From the NCBI GenBank assembly GCA_963977015.1, contig CAXBMO010000001.1:32001-96000 (forward strand): a DNA stretch of 64,000 bases. Direction: 5' to 3'. The stretch is from an uncultured bacterium (lineage in GTDB: Bacteria; Verrucomicrobiota; Verrucomicrobiia; Verrucomicrobiales; DEV007). Numbering within the stretch: the stretch's first letter is position 1; each line of letters starts with the position of its first letter. Position numbers and translations under genes: made by a program. The notes beneath the pieces were generated by a model that was not told where the DNA came from, ran no database searches, and was given only the letters and a program-made list of their open reading frames with translations. Of this stretch, positions 28,257-38,754 are shown one piece after another.

Positions 28257-29723
28257 TTACTCCTCAATGGGCATATCACCTTCTATCTCGTGATGAACCA
28301 CCTTGTAGACATAGTTGTTTCGGTTCTTGATAAACTTCCACCGTTTCCCACTGGGGTTGCCTGGATAGAACTGCCAACAGCTTCGGTAGTAGGACCAGGT
28401 GTTGTAGCGGTTCTTGAGTTTGCGAACCACCGCAGCGCCATTGTAGAGTTGCATGATGCTGGCCTCTTCCCCGGTTAATGTGGTTTTACAGCCCGGAGGT
28501 TTATAGGTCTTTGGTGGTGCTTCCCACTTGGTTGGATAGGTCTTCTTGATTGCGTCGAAGTACTTCTTCGTGTCCTTCTTTGCGGTTTTCAGTTCTTCCA
28601 AGCCTGCCTTGATGTTGACCCGCCAGTCCCAGACTTCTTCGGTGGTGACTTCTTCCCCTCTTGCGGAATCAATCTGGAAGATGCCCCAACCATCCGGTGG
28701 ACCGAAGTTTGGTTCGAACGCAATGTTGCCGGAACTGTTGAACTGGTTAAAGACACGCTTGTTCTGGCGGCTTTCGTGTTGGGAAATGGCCCAGGCAAAC
28801 CAGAACGTCTCGCCCTGAGTTTTCTTGATGTAGGCTTTGGCGCTTTCGTCGCGAGGGTTCCGGCACTTGATCTGGAAGGGGCGCGATCCGGCGTGGATAT
28901 AGTCTCCATTGTCGTCCTGAATCTTGAAACTCAACTTTGCCTCCCCGCCGAAATAGCGTTCATGATAAGTGGCGTAGGCCTTCCAGGCTTCGTCTCCCGC
29001 GACGTCCAGCCAACCCTTTTCCGGAAACTGGATCTTGTCGCGATCGCCGCGGCGGCCATAGCGACTTTGCATGAGCCAGTGCACGGTGTATTCCGTCGGC
29101 AAGCCTTCGATTCTGGCTTCGAGCCGGGGCATGATGGGGAGGTCAAATGAGTCGGCCTGATAGTGGGTCAGCCACGCCGTGTCGCCGTCCCCAATCGTGT
29201 CGTCGTCTCCGGGACTAGTCAGATCGCGAAGGTCGACCAACTGGATGTCGGCGCACCGAATCTGGAACGGAGCGGTGGATCCGCGCTCTGCGTCGGTCGA
29301 ATCGACCTCGGCAAAGAGCTCGACGGGATGATCCGAAGTTCGCTGATGGGAAACCTCAAAGGCGAGTTTCCCCTGATGCTGTCCCAGACCAAAATAGTTC
29401 GCATAGTACCATTTGTCGGGACTGACACTCAGACGGCGGCGGCTTCCGGCATGAAGCGCTACCACATTGACCGGCGTTGTTTGGTCCGCGTTGCCGTCGG
29501 CGGCCTGACGGGCAACAAAGCGCATTTGCACGCCTTTCCAGACGGCGGATTCGCTCGGGTGAGCGACAACCTGGACTTCGGCGGTAGCTGATTGACCGGG
29601 AAAGAGGAGCACGCTCGGCTCATCGAGATCGAAACTAATACTGAGCGAAACGGATTTCTCTTGTGCGGAGACAAGGGCCGTTAACGCGAGGGAAATGAGC
29701 CAAACGGAGAGGATTCTGGACAT
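28257..29723 (-). CDS. Secreted protein with C-terminal lysozyme-like (muramidase/transglycosylase) domain
   Basis: Signal peptide MSRILSVW...VSA; AISQHES (catalytic Glu-Ser), GWGIFQI, W..NI.AG, YNG, YV.KV motifs. Confidence 0.65.
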   Translation of the reverse strand: MSRILSVWLISLALTALVSAQEKSVSLSISFDLDEPSVLLFPGQSATAEVQVVAHPSESAVWKGVQMRFVARQAADGNADQTTPVNVVALHAGSRRRLSVSPDKWYYANYFGLGQHQGKLAFEVSHQRTSDHPVELFAEVDSTDAERGSTAPFQIRCADIQLVDLRDLTSPGDDDTIGDGDTAWLTHYQADSFDLPIMPRLEARIEGLPTEYTVHWLMQSRYGRRGDRDKIQFPEKGWLDVAGDEAWKAYATYHERYFGGEAKLSFKIQDDNGDYIHAGSRPFQIKCRNPRDESAKAYIKKTQGETFWFAWAISQHESRQNKRVFNQFNSSGNIAFEPNFGPPDGWGIFQIDSARGEEVTTEEVWDWRVNIKAGLEELKTAKKDTKKYFDAIKKTYPTKWEAPPKTYKPPGCKTTLTGEEASIMQLYNGAAVVRKLKNRYNTWSYYRSCWQFYPGNPSGKRWKFIKNRNNYVYKVVHHEIEGDMPIEE

Positions 29724-29878
29724 CGAACGGGGGAGCCGCGGATGGGCGTTCGCTGAACTCAAGGTGAGCAGAATTTTCGCGAACAATCCAGATTGGTTTG
29801 CAAAAAAAGAACCGCTTGGCATTTCGCATGCCAAAAGCGGTTCGAGATTCATCCTAAGAGAGTCGCCAATCTTGGGAA

Positions 29879-30172
29879 TTAGTTGTCAACGACCTTTCCT
29901 TTGACGGTTTTTTCGGTCGTGGTTTCCTGGGTAGTTCTGGCTTGCTCCCCTTTGTCAAAGAGCGATTTGAGCTTGCCGACCGGGATTCCCAGATAGTTGA
30001 GGCAGGCGAGGAAAATGCCCGCAGCAGCGGCTTCATCGAGCCAGCCGAGAACCGGAACAACATCGGTGGGATCGGGAACAAAGATCCAAGCTAGTGATAG
30101 GAGGCCAACGAAGCTAACCGCCACTTTCTTGACGAGCGGTTTGGGTTCCTGGCTTTCGGGGGAGTCTGTCAT
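29879..30172 (-). CDS. DUF1232 (YkvA) family small membrane protein
   Basis: PDPTDVVPVLGWLDE motif. Confidence 0.75.
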   Translation of the reverse strand: MTDSPESQEPKPLVKKVAVSFVGLLSLAWIFVPDPTDVVPVLGWLDEAAAAGIFLACLNYLGIPVGKLKSLFDKGEQARTTQETTTEKTVKGKVVDN

Positions 30173-30290
30173 GGTGAAACTGGGATAAGGTGAGGGATAA
30201 AGATAGGATCGGCCCATTTCTGAATCAGGCCAAGCCATTTCTTTGGTTGATGTGGTCCGGTTCAACGGACGAATTTTGCCCCGGAACCAT

Positions 30291-31616
30291 TCAGTCCCCA
30301 GCCATCAGAGCCTCAATGTCGTCCGCTTCGATCGGCACGTTTTCGAGCAGGTCCACGTTCCCCCCGGAGGTGACGACGACATCGTTTTCCAGTCGAATTC
30401 CAAAACCTTCCTCAGGCAGATAGATTCCCGGCTCAATCGTGTAAACCGCACCATCTAGCACGATGCGATTGGCGGGCGTCACATCATGAACGTCGAGACC
30501 CAGGCTGTGTGAGGTGCCGTGCATGAAGTACTTTCGATAGGAGCGGTTTTCCTCTTTCATTTCCTCTTCCGTGCCGTCCTTGGCCCGTTCCTCCGCCACG
30601 TTGGCTGGATCGAGCAGGTCCAAGCTCAGCAACTCCGCCTCCATGCTTTTGCCGACTTCCTTCTGGTAGGCTTTGATCTCGACGCCGGGTTTCAGAAGTT
30701 CCGCGCGGCAGGCTTTGAAGACGTTCAGCACCGCATTGTAGACCGCGCGTTGGCGATCGGTGAATTTCCCGTTCACGGGGATCGTTCGGGTTAAGTCTGC
30801 GTTGTAGTGCGCATACTCCGCCGCGACATCGAGCAACAGCAAATCGCCGTCCTGGCAGGTGTCGTTGTTGTCGAGGTAGTGCAGGACACAGGCGTTCCCA
30901 CCGGATGCAATGATGGGATTGTAGGCAAAGCCGCGCGAGCCATGTTGCATGAACTCATGGATGAATTCCGCTTCGATTTCGTATTCCTTCACCCCGGGTT
31001 TGAGAAAGTGACAGACCCGGCGGAAGCCCTTTTCGGTGATGTCGCACGCCTTGCGGAGAAGCTGGATCTCCGTCTCTGATTTTGCGGCGCGGAGAGGGTA
31101 GGTGAGGGGAGCCAGACGCTCGTAGCGATGCTGCGGATACCTGGTTTGGCAGTGTTGGCGAAAGCGTTCTTCCCGGGTTTCGACCTCGCTGGCATTTCGA
31201 GGATGCTCATTGGCGTTGAGGTAGAGCGTTTTCCAATGCTTCATGCAGCGGCGAAACTGGCTTTCGAAGCGATCCGACCACATGACGTTCGTGATGCCCG
31301 AAACGGCGGTGGCGTCCTCGGCGGTCAGTTTGTTGCCTTCCCAAATCCGAATGAGGTCGGAGGTTTCCCGAACGAACAACATCTCCCGATCCGCGGGATC
31401 CGTGGCGTGGGGATTGAGAATCAGGGTGGTTTCCTCCTGATCGACGCCGGTCAGCCAAAACAGATCGCTGCTTTGGTAAAACCGCATCGATCCATCAGCG
31501 CTTTGCGGCATGATGTCGTTGGAATGAATCACGGCGAAACTACCGGGTTTGAGCTTGGCAGCGAGTTTCGCCCGGTTTTCGACGAAGAGCTGGGAATCGA
31601 TGGGATCGTAACGCAT
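30291..31616 (-). CDS. pepP: Xaa-Pro aminopeptidase (M24B)
   Basis: LHY, D..AE...YNADLTRT, HGTSHSLGLDVHD, TIEPGIY, GIRLEND. Confidence 0.93.
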   Translation of the reverse strand: MRYDPIDSQLFVENRAKLAAKLKPGSFAVIHSNDIMPQSADGSMRFYQSSDLFWLTGVDQEETTLILNPHATDPADREMLFVRETSDLIRIWEGNKLTAEDATAVSGITNVMWSDRFESQFRRCMKHWKTLYLNANEHPRNASEVETREERFRQHCQTRYPQHRYERLAPLTYPLRAAKSETEIQLLRKACDITEKGFRRVCHFLKPGVKEYEIEAEFIHEFMQHGSRGFAYNPIIASGGNACVLHYLDNNDTCQDGDLLLLDVAAEYAHYNADLTRTIPVNGKFTDRQRAVYNAVLNVFKACRAELLKPGVEIKAYQKEVGKSMEAELLSLDLLDPANVAEERAKDGTEEEMKEENRSYRKYFMHGTSHSLGLDVHDVTPANRIVLDGAVYTIEPGIYLPEEGFGIRLENDVVVTSGGNVDLLENVPIEADDIEALMAGD

Positions 31617-31686
31617 GGGTTTGGCGGAAAGCTCACCGCTACCTCACAATTGCAAAGCTGTAAATCCGGCACAAGCTCTCCGACCT

Positions 31687-32322
31687 ATGCGAAACATCGC
31701 CGACTGCCATTTGTATGGAATTCTGGACCTTGGATATGTGGATGAATCCCGTTTGCCATCCGTGTTGAGCGAGATGCTGGAAGGAGGCGTTGACGTGGTT
31801 CAACTTCGGGCCAAAAACGCGACGGAATCGAAAATCGAGGCCTTGGCCGCGGAGTTGCTGCCCCTTTGTCGCCGCGCTGAAGTTCCGTTTATCATCAACG
31901 ACTTTCCGGGAATCGCGGCGAAGGTGGGGGTGGATGGCGTTCACGTCGGGCAGGATGATCAACCGATCTCTGAAGTCCGGGAAATCGTCGGTGAAGAAAT
32001 GCTCGTGGGAAAGTCGACCCACAGTCTTGACCAGGCTCGCGCCGCCTCGCGGGAAACCGGCGTCGACTACATTGGTTTCGGTCCCATTTTCGCGACGCCG
32101 ACCAAGCCGGATTACGTTCCCATCGGAAAAGCGGAGATCGACCAGGTTCACAGGGACGTTGAGTTGCCGATTTTCTGCATTGGGGGAATCAAACGAGAAA
32201 ATGCCCCCGAAATCTTGCAAGCCGGAGCAAAACGCCTAGTGATCGTTTCCGGCATCCTACAAGCCGCGAACATCCCGGAATACGTTCGAGATGTTCAAAC
32301 TCTCCTTCAATCCAATCGTTAA
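31687..32322 (+). CDS. thiE: Thiamine-phosphate synthase
   Basis: VQLRAK, FIIND, GVHVGQDD, GKSTHS, GPIFATPTK, IGGI. Confidence 0.95.
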   Translation: MRNIADCHLYGILDLGYVDESRLPSVLSEMLEGGVDVVQLRAKNATESKIEALAAELLPLCRRAEVPFIINDFPGIAAKVGVDGVHVGQDDQPISEVREIVGEEMLVGKSTHSLDQARAASRETGVDYIGFGPIFATPTKPDYVPIGKAEIDQVHRDVELPIFCIGGIKRENAPEILQAGAKRLVIVSGILQAANIPEYVRDVQTLLQSNR

Positions 32323-32339
32323 CTTCGTTCTCACATCTC

Positions 32340-33263
32340 ATGTCTGTTTTAGTCGCTGGTTCCGTCGGAATCGACCACATCAAAACTCCACACGACGAAG
32401 CCCCCAATCTCCTCGGGGGTTCCGCTTCCTACGCCGCCACCAGTGCCAGCTTTTCGAGTCCGGTGCATTTGGTCAGCATTGTGGGACAGGATTTTCCAGA
32501 CGAACATGTCGCGTTCTTCAAGTCGCGGAACATCAGCGTCGACGGAGTTGAGTTTGCCCAGGGAAAAACCTTTCGATGGACCGGCGAATACTCCGAGGAT
32601 TGGAATGACCGGGAAACCCTGGAAGTCGATCTCAACGTTCTTGAGCATTACAATCCGCAATTGACGGAAGAATATCGCGATTCACGGATCATCCTGTTGG
32701 CCAACGCGGGGCCGGATACGCAGCTGAAAGTGCTGGAGCAGGCAAATGCGCCGGTCTTCTCCATCGCCGATACCATGGATCTCTGGATCACGGTGATGCG
32801 CGAGCAACTCAACGAGCTGCTTGGCAAGATCGACATGCTGGTTCTCAACGACAGCGAGGCCAAACAGCTGACGGAAACCAGCAATCTGGTGCTTGCGGGC
32901 GAGAAGATGCTCGAAATGGGGCCCAAGTTTGTGATTCTCAAAAAGGGCGAGCATGGCGCGTTGCTCTTCAGCCAAACGGGCGATTTTTTCACGATCGGCG
33001 CGTATCCGTTGAAGAATGTTCACGATCCGACCGGCGCGGGCGATACTTTTGTTGGCGGCATTGCGGGACACCTCGCCTCAACCGGCAAAGATGAGATCGG
33101 TTTTGATGATTTGGCGGAAGGCATTCTCCATGGAACGATCATGGCGAGCTACACCTGCGAGCAGTTTGGACTTCGCAGCCTTGAGGCGATTACGGAGGAG
33201 CAGTTGAACGCGCGGAAGGACGAATTTCGCCGCTATTGCCGCATTGCTCACCCGGGCGGCTAG
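32340..33263 (+). CDS. PfkB family carbohydrate/nucleoside kinase
   Basis: LGGSASY, KKGEHG, DPTGAGDTF. Confidence 0.92.
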   Translation: MSVLVAGSVGIDHIKTPHDEAPNLLGGSASYAATSASFSSPVHLVSIVGQDFPDEHVAFFKSRNISVDGVEFAQGKTFRWTGEYSEDWNDRETLEVDLNVLEHYNPQLTEEYRDSRIILLANAGPDTQLKVLEQANAPVFSIADTMDLWITVMREQLNELLGKIDMLVLNDSEAKQLTETSNLVLAGEKMLEMGPKFVILKKGEHGALLFSQTGDFFTIGAYPLKNVHDPTGAGDTFVGGIAGHLASTGKDEIGFDDLAEGILHGTIMASYTCEQFGLRSLEAITEEQLNARKDEFRRYCRIAHPGG

Positions 33264-34358
33264 TTATTTTACGAAGGGTTTTTTCACCACTTCTGCCCCG
33301 TAGCGTTTGCCGCGAACTTCGAGCTCGACCTGAGTTCCGATTTTGGCGTGTTCCGCTGGAACGTAGCCCATTCCGATCCCGGCACCGAGGCTGGGTGAGA
33401 GCGTTCCGCTGGAAAGGGAACCGACGTTTTCCTCGCCGACAAAAATTCCATACCCGGGGCGCGGTGGTGGACCTTTCGCTGTCGACTTGATCGCCACCAA
33501 ACGGCGATCCGGTCCCTTGGCTTTTTGGCGAACCAGAACGTCTCGACCCAGGAAATCGCCCTTGTCGAGATCGACGAAAAATCCAAGCCCGGCTTCGATG
33601 GGGGAATGCTCGGGTGAAAGATCGTTTCCATTAAGCGGATAGCACTTCTCTAGCCGAAGCGAGTCGCGCGCGCCGAGACCGCAGGGGTTCGCGCCAGCTT
33701 CCAGTGCGCGTTCCCACCACGCGATGGCGGTTTTGGGGGAGCAGAACAGTTCGAAGCCGTCTTCACCCGTGTATCCCGTCCGGCAAACCACGATTTCATT
33801 GCCTTCGGTCGTCTCGATTTTCGTGATTCCGAATCGTTTGGGGAGATCGAACGTGCCCGAAACCATCTTCTTGAATGCGGCTGAGGATTGGGGACCTTGA
33901 ATCGCCATTCCGGCAAAACTGCGACTTTCGTCAACCAACTCGATTCGGCGATCGCGATCCAGGTGATCGTAGAGCCACTCATGATCCTCGGCTGTTCGCG
34001 ATGCGTTCACGACCAGGAAAAACTCATCTTCACCCGTTCGATAAATGATGAGATCGTCGATCACTCCTCCCTTCTCATTGAGCATAAGGGTGTATTGCCC
34101 GTCGCCGATTTTCAGCTTGGAAACGTCGTTGGTCAGCAGGCCGTTGAGCCAATCGACAATGCGATTTCCGTCGCCTGAAATCGTGATTTGTCCCATGTGA
34201 GAAATATCGAAGATGCCGAGTTTCTCGCGCACCGCCTTGTGCTCGGCCAGAATTCCCTCGTACTGGATCGGCATCAGCCACCCTGCGAACGGAACCATTC
34301 GGGCGCCCAATTCCTGGTGAACGGGTTCGAGGGGAGAGTGTTTCACATCGCTTTCCAT
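33264..34358 (-). CDS. gcvT: Glycine cleavage system aminomethyltransferase T
   Basis: [42 protein letters not shown]. Confidence 0.97.
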   Translation of the reverse strand: MESDVKHSPLEPVHQELGARMVPFAGWLMPIQYEGILAEHKAVREKLGIFDISHMGQITISGDGNRIVDWLNGLLTNDVSKLKIGDGQYTLMLNEKGGVIDDLIIYRTGEDEFFLVVNASRTAEDHEWLYDHLDRDRRIELVDESRSFAGMAIQGPQSSAAFKKMVSGTFDLPKRFGITKIETTEGNEIVVCRTGYTGEDGFELFCSPKTAIAWWERALEAGANPCGLGARDSLRLEKCYPLNGNDLSPEHSPIEAGLGFFVDLDKGDFLGRDVLVRQKAKGPDRRLVAIKSTAKGPPPRPGYGIFVGEENVGSLSSGTLSPSLGAGIGMGYVPAEHAKIGTQVELEVRGKRYGAEVVKKPFVK

Positions 34359-34476
34359 GGTGGTGAGCTACGGGAAACCGGCGCAAGAGAGGACGCAACG
34401 CCAATTTTGTGCCTCAAGGGCAAGTTTCCGGCTTGCTCCGGTGCCGACTTCCTGCCAGTGGTAGCCAGCTTCACTC

Positions 34477-35565
34477 ATGGCACGATCTCTCCCTCGCATA
34501 GGCCTTGTCCGCCGCAGTCACTCCGGAACTGGAGGAGACGAGCGCTACTTGGCGCGTTTCGCGGTGACCCTCAAAAATCGTGGATACGAAACCGTCCTCT
34601 TCACCAGTGAGGCATGGCCTGAGGACAAGCATTTCGAGAAGATCATCCGGTTGCCGGATCGCGGGCCGATCGCGTTTGCCAATGCGCTCGCCAAGGCGGA
34701 TCACCGCGCCTATTGCGACATCCTGTTCAGTTTCGAGCGCGTTTGGGAGTGCGATTTTTATCGGGCGGGCGATGGCGTTCACCAGGCGTGGTTGGATCGA
34801 GTTCACGCCCATGACGGTCCTTATCGCCCTTCGACGAGAGGATCGGGTTCGAAGAACGCCCAGTTGGTCAAATTGGAGAACGAGCTGTTCCGGCCCGATT
34901 CCAAATCCGTCATCATCACGAGTTCCGAATTCGTGAGGCACGAGATTTTGCAGTACTACGGCAAAGCTTCCGACCAGGTCCACATCATCTACAACGGCTA
35001 CAAACCGCCCGCGAAGAAAGGCGATCCCCGTTCGGAAATTCGCAAAAAACTGGGTTTGGATGAGATGGCGATGATGGCGTTGTTTTCCGGCTCGGGATGG
35101 GAACGAAAAGGGCTCGCCTACGCGATCAAAGCCGCTGCATTGCTGCAACATGAGGGGGTTCGGCTGTTCGTGACCGGAAAAGGCAAGCATCGTGGAATGC
35201 CTCGTGGCCCCGTGACGTATCTCGACCAGGTCGATGAAATTTCCCAGTATTACGATGCGGCGGATTTGTTCATTTTGCCGACGCTTTACGATCCGTTTTC
35301 CAACGCGTGTTTGGAAGCGGCGTGCCACGGGCTCCCGGTCATCACAACGACTGCCAACGGGTTTGCCGAGCTCATGGTTCCGTCGCAACACGGCGAAGTT
35401 GTCGAAAATCCGGCCGATGTGGAAAAACTGGGCGAAGCGATGATCAACTGGCTGGGCCCGGAAAAACGCAGCAAAAGCCGGGACGAAATCCGCACGTGGG
35501 CGAGGGGATTCAGCATCAAGGAGAACGTCGACAAGACTCTGGATGTGATTCTGGCCGGAACGTAA
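34477..35565 (+). CDS. Glycosyltransferase family 4 (WaaG/RfaG-like, LPS core)
   Basis: GGDERY, YRAGDGVH, RKGL, LPTLYDPFSNACLEA..GLPVITT. Confidence 0.9.
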   Translation: MARSLPRIGLVRRSHSGTGGDERYLARFAVTLKNRGYETVLFTSEAWPEDKHFEKIIRLPDRGPIAFANALAKADHRAYCDILFSFERVWECDFYRAGDGVHQAWLDRVHAHDGPYRPSTRGSGSKNAQLVKLENELFRPDSKSVIITSSEFVRHEILQYYGKASDQVHIIYNGYKPPAKKGDPRSEIRKKLGLDEMAMMALFSGSGWERKGLAYAIKAAALLQHEGVRLFVTGKGKHRGMPRGPVTYLDQVDEISQYYDAADLFILPTLYDPFSNACLEAACHGLPVITTTANGFAELMVPSQHGEVVENPADVEKLGEAMINWLGPEKRSKSRDEIRTWARGFSIKENVDKTLDVILAGT

Positions 35566-35570
35566 CAGGC

Positions 35571-36290
35571 CTACGGTTTCGCGAAGAGATAAAAGCCGAA
35601 GCCCATCGTTGAGCGTCCCCAACGGAGGTAACCCTCGCTCCATCGGCGGATGCGCTCCAGTTCCCGACCGGTTTTTGAATCTTTGGGATGAAGGGTGATT
35701 TCGGCTTCGACCGCACGACGGTGTTCCCACTCAAAGTCGTCCCATTCATCATCGCTGCTGACGGAGGCGTGAAGCGGTTTCAAGCCGGATTTCTCGCCGT
35801 AGGCCACGTTTTCTGCGTGAGTTCGGTAAATCCCGACCGGTTCACCCAGCAATTCGAGGTATTCAGCTGCGGGAGGTTGCTTCCAGTAGCCTTCGCCAAT
35901 CAGAAGTTGCCCGCCGGGGGCGACGAGGGCTGTGAGCGCGCGAATCGTCTCGGGAAACGCTTCTTCTCCGGGAGCAAACGCGTGAGTCGCGCCGAGGCAG
36001 ATCGCAAGATCGAAGCTTTCGGCATCAAGCTGGGTTTTGGTCAGGTCAGCGTTCAAAAACTCGCAGCGGTTGGAAGAGCCAAGCCGCTTCCCGGCCGTTT
36101 CCCGGGCGTAAGTGAGCGAGTCGTCATCAACATCGACTCCCAAGCCCGAAGCTCCCGTTGCTTCGATGGTCCGAACCAGGAATTCGCCCTGGCCGCATCC
36201 GGCGTCCAAGACACGGCTGGAAGCATTCGCGGTGAAGAGTCGAATCAGACGGTCGGCTTTTTCGGAACTGATGGGATTGTTGAAAACCAT
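35571..36290 (-). CDS. Class I SAM-dependent methyltransferase
   Basis: VLDAGCGQGE, FDLAICLGA, PGG.LLIGE.YW. Confidence 0.88.
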   Translation of the reverse strand: MVFNNPISSEKADRLIRLFTANASSRVLDAGCGQGEFLVRTIEATGASGLGVDVDDDSLTYARETAGKRLGSSNRCEFLNADLTKTQLDAESFDLAICLGATHAFAPGEEAFPETIRALTALVAPGGQLLIGEGYWKQPPAAEYLELLGEPVGIYRTHAENVAYGEKSGLKPLHASVSSDDEWDDFEWEHRRAVEAEITLHPKDSKTGRELERIRRWSEGYLRWGRSTMGFGFYLFAKP

Positions 36291-36467
36291 GATTCAAAGT
36301 CGCGACGTTGAGCTTACAGCCATCTTCAGGCCGGAAAACAGCAGAACCTTCTGAAATCAGCTGAATCCGCGATCTGAGATGCCGCGTCAGATTTTGAGCA
36401 TGATGAAACGGGTGAACGGCATTGAACCAGAGCCGACTTCGGCTTAATGCTTTCCGGCAAGCCCTGC

Positions 36468-38675
36468 ATGACTGACGACATTCAAAGCTCTTTGGTTTTT
36501 AATCCCAGCACTCCGATTCTGGTTTTCGGGATTCTTTTGATCGTCGCAGCTTCATTCCTCTGCATTTGGGCCTGGAAACGCAGCGGATGGGCGAGAGGGG
36601 TTGGATTTCTCGAAGGGCTGCGATTTCTGATCGTGCTGTTGGTGGTGCTGACGCTCTTTCAGCCGGAATGGCGCGAACTGACGCGTCCGGACTCCAAACC
36701 CACGATTGCGGTGCTTTGGGATCAATCGAGAAGCATGGAGACCGCCGACGTGATCGACCCCGAAGGCAACGGGCAGAAGCCGAAGAAGCGTTCCAGCGCG
36801 ATCGCGCCGCTCTTGGAGGAAAAAGCGTGGTGGCCGCTTGGAAACGGGGTTCGCACCGTGATTGAGCCCTTTTCATCAACGATGGATCCTGCCTGGGAGG
36901 GGACGGATTTGCACGGCGCGTTGAATCGCGTTTTGGCGCAGCATCCGCAACTGCGTGGCGTCGTGCTCTTTACCGATGGGGATTGGAATGCGGGAGAGCC
37001 ACCCGTTCGCGCGGCTACGAAGCTGAGAATGCGGAATGTGCCGGTGTTCGCAGTGCCGGTCGGAAGCGAGAGTCGATTACCGGATGTCGAGCTTGTCAGT
37101 CTGGATGCGCCGACTTTTGGGGTGGTTGGGAAGCCGCTTCGCATTCCCTTTGTGATCGAGAGTTCGATGCCGCGAGACTTCAATGCCGATCTGGAACTGA
37201 CAACCTCGACTGGCGAAACCGTCTCCAAAACAATCACGATTCCCGCGATGGGCAAAGTTCAGGACACGATTTCGTGGACTCCCGAGCAAACTGGCGATGT
37301 CGAACTTACCTTGATCGTTCCTCCTGGGCCCAACGAGTTTTTGGAGGAGAACAACCGGCGAGTTGCCCCTATTTCGATTCGCGAGGAGCAACTTCGCGTT
37401 CTGCTGATTGAGTCCTATCCGCGTTGGGAATATCGCTATTTACGCAATGCGCTGGAACGGGATCCCGGCGTTGAAGTCAGTTGTCTGCTGTTTCATCCGG
37501 ACATCGGCAAAACCGGTGGTGGCCGTAGCTATATCGATTCGTTTCCCAGCGACGAGGATTTGGTCAATTATGACGTGGTCTTTCTCGGTGACGTCGGTGT
37601 CGAAGCCAGCCAACTGAGCGAAGAACAGTGCAAACGCCTCGTTCAACTCGTTCGAAATCAGGCGAGCGGACTCGTTTTCCTGCCCGGCTTCCGAGGGCGT
37701 CAATTTTCGCTCCTGGATACGGAATTGAGTGATCTTTATCCGGTTGTTTTGGATGAAACGCAGCCGCGGGGATGGGGATCGCCAGTACCGGGCCAGTTTC
37801 AACTCACCGAGGTCGGAAATCGCAGCTTGTTGACCAAGCTGGAGGACAGCGATTCCGAGAACTACAAGGTCTGGGAGAATTTGCCGGGGTTTCAATGGTT
37901 TGCGCCGGCACTTCGGGCCAAGGCGGGGAGCGAGGTGTTGGCGACGCACAGTTCGGAGTCGACCGAGTTTGGCCGGATTCCGTTGATCGTGACGAAGACC
38001 TTTGGTGCCGGAAAAATCCTGTTCATGGGAACCGATGGAGCCTGGCGCTGGCGTGAAGGGGTTGAGGACAAGTATCACTATCGCTACTGGGGCCAGGTCG
38101 CGCGATGGATGGCCTATCAGCGTAACATGGCCCAGGGAGAGTTGATGCGATTGTTCTACAGCCCGGATCGACCTCGAACGAATGAAGTGCTCACGCTCAA
38201 TGCGAATGTCATCAGCCTGGGAGGCGACCCGCTTCAGGAGGCGAACGTGGTCGTCCAATTCATCAGTCCGAGTGGCAAGACCGGCAGTGTCAGGCTGTCT
38301 CCGGGAGGTGAAGACGCCTGGGGCTTGTTCAGTGGCCGGTTTACTCCGGTTGAGCCCGGCGAGTATCAAGTGATCATGACGTGCCGGGAAAATGGCGCGA
38401 CTCTTGAAACTTCCCTATCGGTTCAGGGCGGAAAACTGGAGAAACTGGGGCGACCGGCGAGAATCAGCGTTTTGGAGGAGATTGCGCAGGTGACTCGCGG
38501 AAAGTTGATGAAAACGCTCGATATGGCCGTGCTTCTCGAAACCGTTCAGTCATTGCCCGACCCGGAGCCAATTGAGCGTCGTTTTCGCCTCTGGTCGCAC
38601 TGGTTGTGGGGCATGCTGTTGGTGTCGATGATGGGGGCTTTTTGGATTGGCCGGAAGATGGTCGGCGTGATCTGA
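36468..38675 (+). CDS. Membrane protein with VWA-like and glutamine-amidotransferase-like domains
   Basis: DQSRSM MIDAS motif, FTDG, PRWEYRYL, YDVVFLGD, WRWR; N- and C-terminal TM helices. Confidence 0.8.
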   Translation: MTDDIQSSLVFNPSTPILVFGILLIVAASFLCIWAWKRSGWARGVGFLEGLRFLIVLLVVLTLFQPEWRELTRPDSKPTIAVLWDQSRSMETADVIDPEGNGQKPKKRSSAIAPLLEEKAWWPLGNGVRTVIEPFSSTMDPAWEGTDLHGALNRVLAQHPQLRGVVLFTDGDWNAGEPPVRAATKLRMRNVPVFAVPVGSESRLPDVELVSLDAPTFGVVGKPLRIPFVIESSMPRDFNADLELTTSTGETVSKTITIPAMGKVQDTISWTPEQTGDVELTLIVPPGPNEFLEENNRRVAPISIREEQLRVLLIESYPRWEYRYLRNALERDPGVEVSCLLFHPDIGKTGGGRSYIDSFPSDEDLVNYDVVFLGDVGVEASQLSEEQCKRLVQLVRNQASGLVFLPGFRGRQFSLLDTELSDLYPVVLDETQPRGWGSPVPGQFQLTEVGNRSLLTKLEDSDSENYKVWENLPGFQWFAPALRAKAGSEVLATHSSESTEFGRIPLIVTKTFGAGKILFMGTDGAWRWREGVEDKYHYRYWGQVARWMAYQRNMAQGELMRLFYSPDRPRTNEVLTLNANVISLGGDPLQEANVVVQFISPSGKTGSVRLSPGGEDAWGLFSGRFTPVEPGEYQVIMTCRENGATLETSLSVQGGKLEKLGRPARISVLEEIAQVTRGKLMKTLDMAVLLETVQSLPDPEPIERRFRLWSHWLWGMLLVSMMGAFWIGRKMVGVI

Positions 38676-38754
38676 GACCGGATTGTTGAAAAAAGTGTGG
38701 CGTTTTTCGGGGTTGCCGGGATAAACTATCCTAACTTCAACGCAGGAGGTAACG

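Noticed and set aside
34359-34476. Glycine riboswitch upstream of gcvT
   Set aside because: No GGAGA...CTCTCAGG aptamer core; the spacer is short and shared with a divergent gene.
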